From a virus (lineage: Duplodnaviria > Caudoviricetes), in the IMG/VR virus record IMGVR_UViG_3300032286_000468, positions 1-56,522 of that record: a stretch of DNA of 56,522 nucleotides, one strand, 5' to 3'. The notes beneath the pieces were generated by a model, which was given only the letters and a program-made list of their open reading frames with translations, was not told the origin of the DNA and made no database searches. Each line of letters opens with the position of its first letter. The stretch's first letter is position 1. A program made the position numbers and the translations under genes. This document shows positions 54,479 to 56,522 of the stretch, one piece after another.

Positions 54479-55381
54479 TCAGGAGTTAGCAAGCTTTGAG
54501 AAGTATGAAAGTGCTTCATCATCATCCTCATCATCAGAAGCAGAACTAGATGAAGAACTAAAAGAAGATGTACTCTTCGTTGAACGCTCTACCTCATACT
54601 CATCTTCTTCTGATACTGTTTCTGGATCTTGGGTGCGAGCACCTTTAGTTCCAAGAACAGAAGAAAGACGCTTCTTCAAATCGTCATAAGACTTGAACTG
54701 ATCGTTAGCAACAAGTTCAGCAAGAGAAGATTCTTGCTTCCAGATTGCTTCCAGTTCATCATCATTATCTAGAAGAGCACCAGAAGAAGCAAACTCACTA
54801 GAATCATAATTACGATAACCAGCAACGTTCTTTGCCTTCAGTTTGAAGTTAGCACCTTGCCAGAAATCAAATGGATCAATTGGAGTTTCATCTTCAAACT
54901 CTGGTTTCATAGCGGCAGAAATCTTATCAAAGATTTTCTTACCATACTTATAAAGGAAAACTTTACCTTCATTTTCAGGATTAGAAGGATCTTTTACGAC
55001 ATAGATATTGCTGATGTAAGTCAGTTTTCTTTTCTGCTTACGAGCAATTTCTTTGTTTGCGTCAATTCCTGAATTCCAGAGACCAGAGTTGTGCTCACAG
55101 ATAGGACATTGCTGACCGAGTGTCGTAACACAATTATCAATCAACCATCCACCAGAACCTTGGAATGCGTGAGAATAAATCTTCACGAATGGAATATCTT
55201 CGTTGTCGGGAGCAGGAAGAAAGCGAATAACGGCATAACCATTTTGGCTCTTATCTGTGGTCAATTTCCAATAACGATCATCTTCAGAAGAACCAGCACT
55301 ATTCAGTTTTTCAACTTCTTTGACTAGTTTTTCGGTTAAAGAACCAAGTTTGGATTGTTTTTTAAGATTAGCGAATGACAT
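54479..55381 (-). CDS. gp32: Single-stranded DNA-binding protein gp32
   Basis: DDRYWK...GYAVIRFLPAP...HAFQG...NCVTTLGQQCPICE...GKVFLYKYGKKIFDKI...FDFWQGANFKLK; acidic tail. Confidence 0.95.
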   Translation of the reverse strand: MSFANLKKQSKLGSLTEKLVKEVEKLNSAGSSEDDRYWKLTTDKSQNGYAVIRFLPAPDNEDIPFVKIYSHAFQGSGGWLIDNCVTTLGQQCPICEHNSGLWNSGIDANKEIARKQKRKLTYISNIYVVKDPSNPENEGKVFLYKYGKKIFDKISAAMKPEFEDETPIDPFDFWQGANFKLKAKNVAGYRNYDSSEFASSGALLDNDDELEAIWKQESSLAELVANDQFKSYDDLKKRLSSVLGTKGARTQDPETVSEEDEYEVERSTKSTSSFSSSSSSASDDEDDDEALSYFSKLANS

Positions 55382-55417
55382 AGGATTTTTGGATAAATTG
55401 GATGTTTTGGATTGGAC
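55382..55417 (-). promoter_or_regulatory. gp32 leader with TCCAA repeats (candidate autogenous translational operator)
   Basis: Minus strand reads GTCCAA-TCCAA-AACA-TCCAA-TTTA-TCCAA-AAA-TCCT-ATG; nearly G-free, so probably unstructured. Confidence 0.55.
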
Positions 55418-55423
55418 TTTTTA

Positions 55424-55452
55424 AGTATAGCAGATATAAAGTCAGTCGTCAA
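55424..55452 (-). promoter_or_regulatory. Sigma70-like early promoter TTGACG-N17-TATACT with extended -10 TG, for gp32
   Basis: -35 at 55452-55447, -10 at 55429-55424. Confidence 0.75.
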
Positions 55453-55774
55453 GAGATTTTTCAAGTTTATTGATAGTATTTTCTAATTGCTCAAAGAAAA
55501 CACTTAATCCTTTTTCTGGATTAAATCCAAAAAGTTGAGCGGATTGAGTGATTTTTTCTTTCATTTTTACTGCTTCTGGATCTTCAGAAAGAGACATTCT
55601 AAAAATAAACAATTTTTGTTTTTCTAAAAATTCTCTCATTGTATCCAAATGTTCCTTCTTTTTTTCTTTTGTGGAAGAAGGAAGATCGTACAATTGATTG
55701 AAAAGTTTTTCTTGCAATTGTTCTAATTCTGTCAAAGATTCTCTGACTAATTCGGAGTCAAAAAACTTACTCAT
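55442..55774 (-). CDS. DUF1825-like protein (110 aa)
   Basis: MSKFFDSELVRESL...LEKQKLFIFRMSLSEDPEA. The ATG at 55774 overlaps the gp59 stop and is more likely than the track start at 55816. Confidence 0.75.
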   Translation of the reverse strand: MSKFFDSELVRESLTELEQLQEKLFNQLYDLPSSTKEKKKEHLDTMREFLEKQKLFIFRMSLSEDPEAVKMKEKITQSAQLFGFNPEKGLSVFFEQLENTINKLEKSLDD

Positions 55775-56360
55775 AAACAATCTCCTTGAGGATGTTCTTA
55801 TATCCTGCCACATCAATATTTAGGAAGCATTGGTACTTCTGAATTTTTAAACTCATCATTTCCCACACAGGATCATTCATTTTTTTATCAAAATCTTTTA
55901 CATAATTCAAAATCATATTTAAGATAACCAAGGTTTCTAATGTAAGTGCTTTTTGTAGATACTTTTTAAGTAGTTCTGGATGATTGCCATTTTTACAATC
56001 AAATAAGTTTTCAAAATTTTCTTTTGATATAAAAACTTCACATTCAGTTTTAAACAAATAAGTTAAACTTTGAGATTTTTTTAACCAATTTGAGTATGTA
56101 TCTTCACCGTTGCGAATAATATCACCGATCCAGAGTCTTTCTGGATCATTACATTCGGCAAAATTAGCAACAAAGAAAGATTTTATTTCTTCATCATTTT
56201 TTTGACGAGATATTTTCTGAAACCAGTAAATATCTTTTCTTTTTTTGAAAGAAGTTTCAGTCACTCTTGATTTTCCTCCATATTTAAAATAATCATATTT
56301 TGGGTTGGAGAAATGATTTTTAATAGAAATATATGATTTATAAACTTCAAATGGACTCAT
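55767..56360 (-). CDS. gp59: Helicase loader gp59
   Basis: FEVYKSYISIKNHFSNPKYDYFKYGGK...FKKRKDIYWFQKISR...FFVANF...LETLVILN. Confidence 0.88.
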   Translation of the reverse strand: MSPFEVYKSYISIKNHFSNPKYDYFKYGGKSRVTETSFKKRKDIYWFQKISRQKNDEEIKSFFVANFAECNDPERLWIGDIIRNGEDTYSNWLKKSQSLTYLFKTECEVFISKENFENLFDCKNGNHPELLKKYLQKALTLETLVILNMILNYVKDFDKKMNDPVWEMMSLKIQKYQCFLNIDVAGYKNILKEIVYE

Positions 56361-56522
56361 ATAGGCAAACGTGCCTTGGTAGTCTTTTTAAGAAAATTCA
56401 AATGAATAGCATCACACTTTAATTTTTCTTTGAGTGGTTTTGAAACTAATTTGGAAACCGTCTCAATTTCAATACTATTCTGCTCACAATAAGACACAAT
56501 AGCATCAATATAATTGACTTTA
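56357..56522 (-). CDS. gp33: Late transcription co-activator gp33, C-terminal part (runs off the right edge)
   Basis: Not in the ORF track: KVNYIDAIVSYCEQNSIEIETVSKLVSKPLKEKLKCDAIHLNFLKKTTKARLPI*. The stop overlaps the gp59 ATG. Confidence 0.88.
   Translation of the reverse strand, partial: KVNYIDAIVSYCEQNSIEIETVSKLVSKPLKEKLKCDAIHLNFLKKTTKARLPI

Noticed and set aside
1710-55327. Many short overlapping or antisense ORFs in the track (e.g. 1814-2185, 13369-13752, 39527-40012, 47265-47879, 52785-53297)
   Set aside because: They are shadow frames of long Gly/Thr/Val-rich genes, fully nested and without recognisable motifs or expression signals.
1-56522. tRNA, rRNA, intron or intein
   Set aside because: Intergenic gaps are too short and show no cloverleaf; the core genes are uninterrupted and I recognised no intein or homing-endonuclease motifs.

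Overview
This window is part of a low-GC T4-like myovirus genome, most likely a cyanophage, since it carries a phage-type cp12 and a DUF1825-like gene in the usual cyanomyovirus gene order. The right ~18 kb (38.4-56.5 kb) is conserved core: gp33 (partial), gp59, DUF1825, gp32, gp53, gp48, gp2, gp4, a gp54/tail-tube-like gene, gp26, gp51, two hub/tape-measure-like genes carrying a GH104-like muramidase and an M15 peptidase, a gp27-like hub, cp12, gp5 and three gp5-downstream genes. The left ~38 kb is an expanded, mostly minus-strand array of large Gly/Thr/Ser-rich fibre and adhesin-like genes. These fall into paralogous sets: (1) three fibres that share near-identical DNA cassettes, two with Peptidase_S74 chaperones; (2) three large proteins sharing FRYQxG/WYGA motifs, one with a nested LamG+CBM insertion; (3) two beta-helix proteins; and (4) a triad with a shared N-terminal motif, made of a PA14 protein on the opposite strand, a short adaptor-like protein and a plant-type leucine-rich-repeat protein with a tyrosine ladder. 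T4-type late promoters (TAAATA) precede many of these genes. Two 54-aa micro-genes missed by the ORF track sit inside the late region, each with a consensus sigma70 promoter and a downstream hairpin at a late promoter. I saw no tRNA, rRNA, CRISPR array, integrase or reverse transcriptase. All calls come from reading motifs by eye; no database searches were run.
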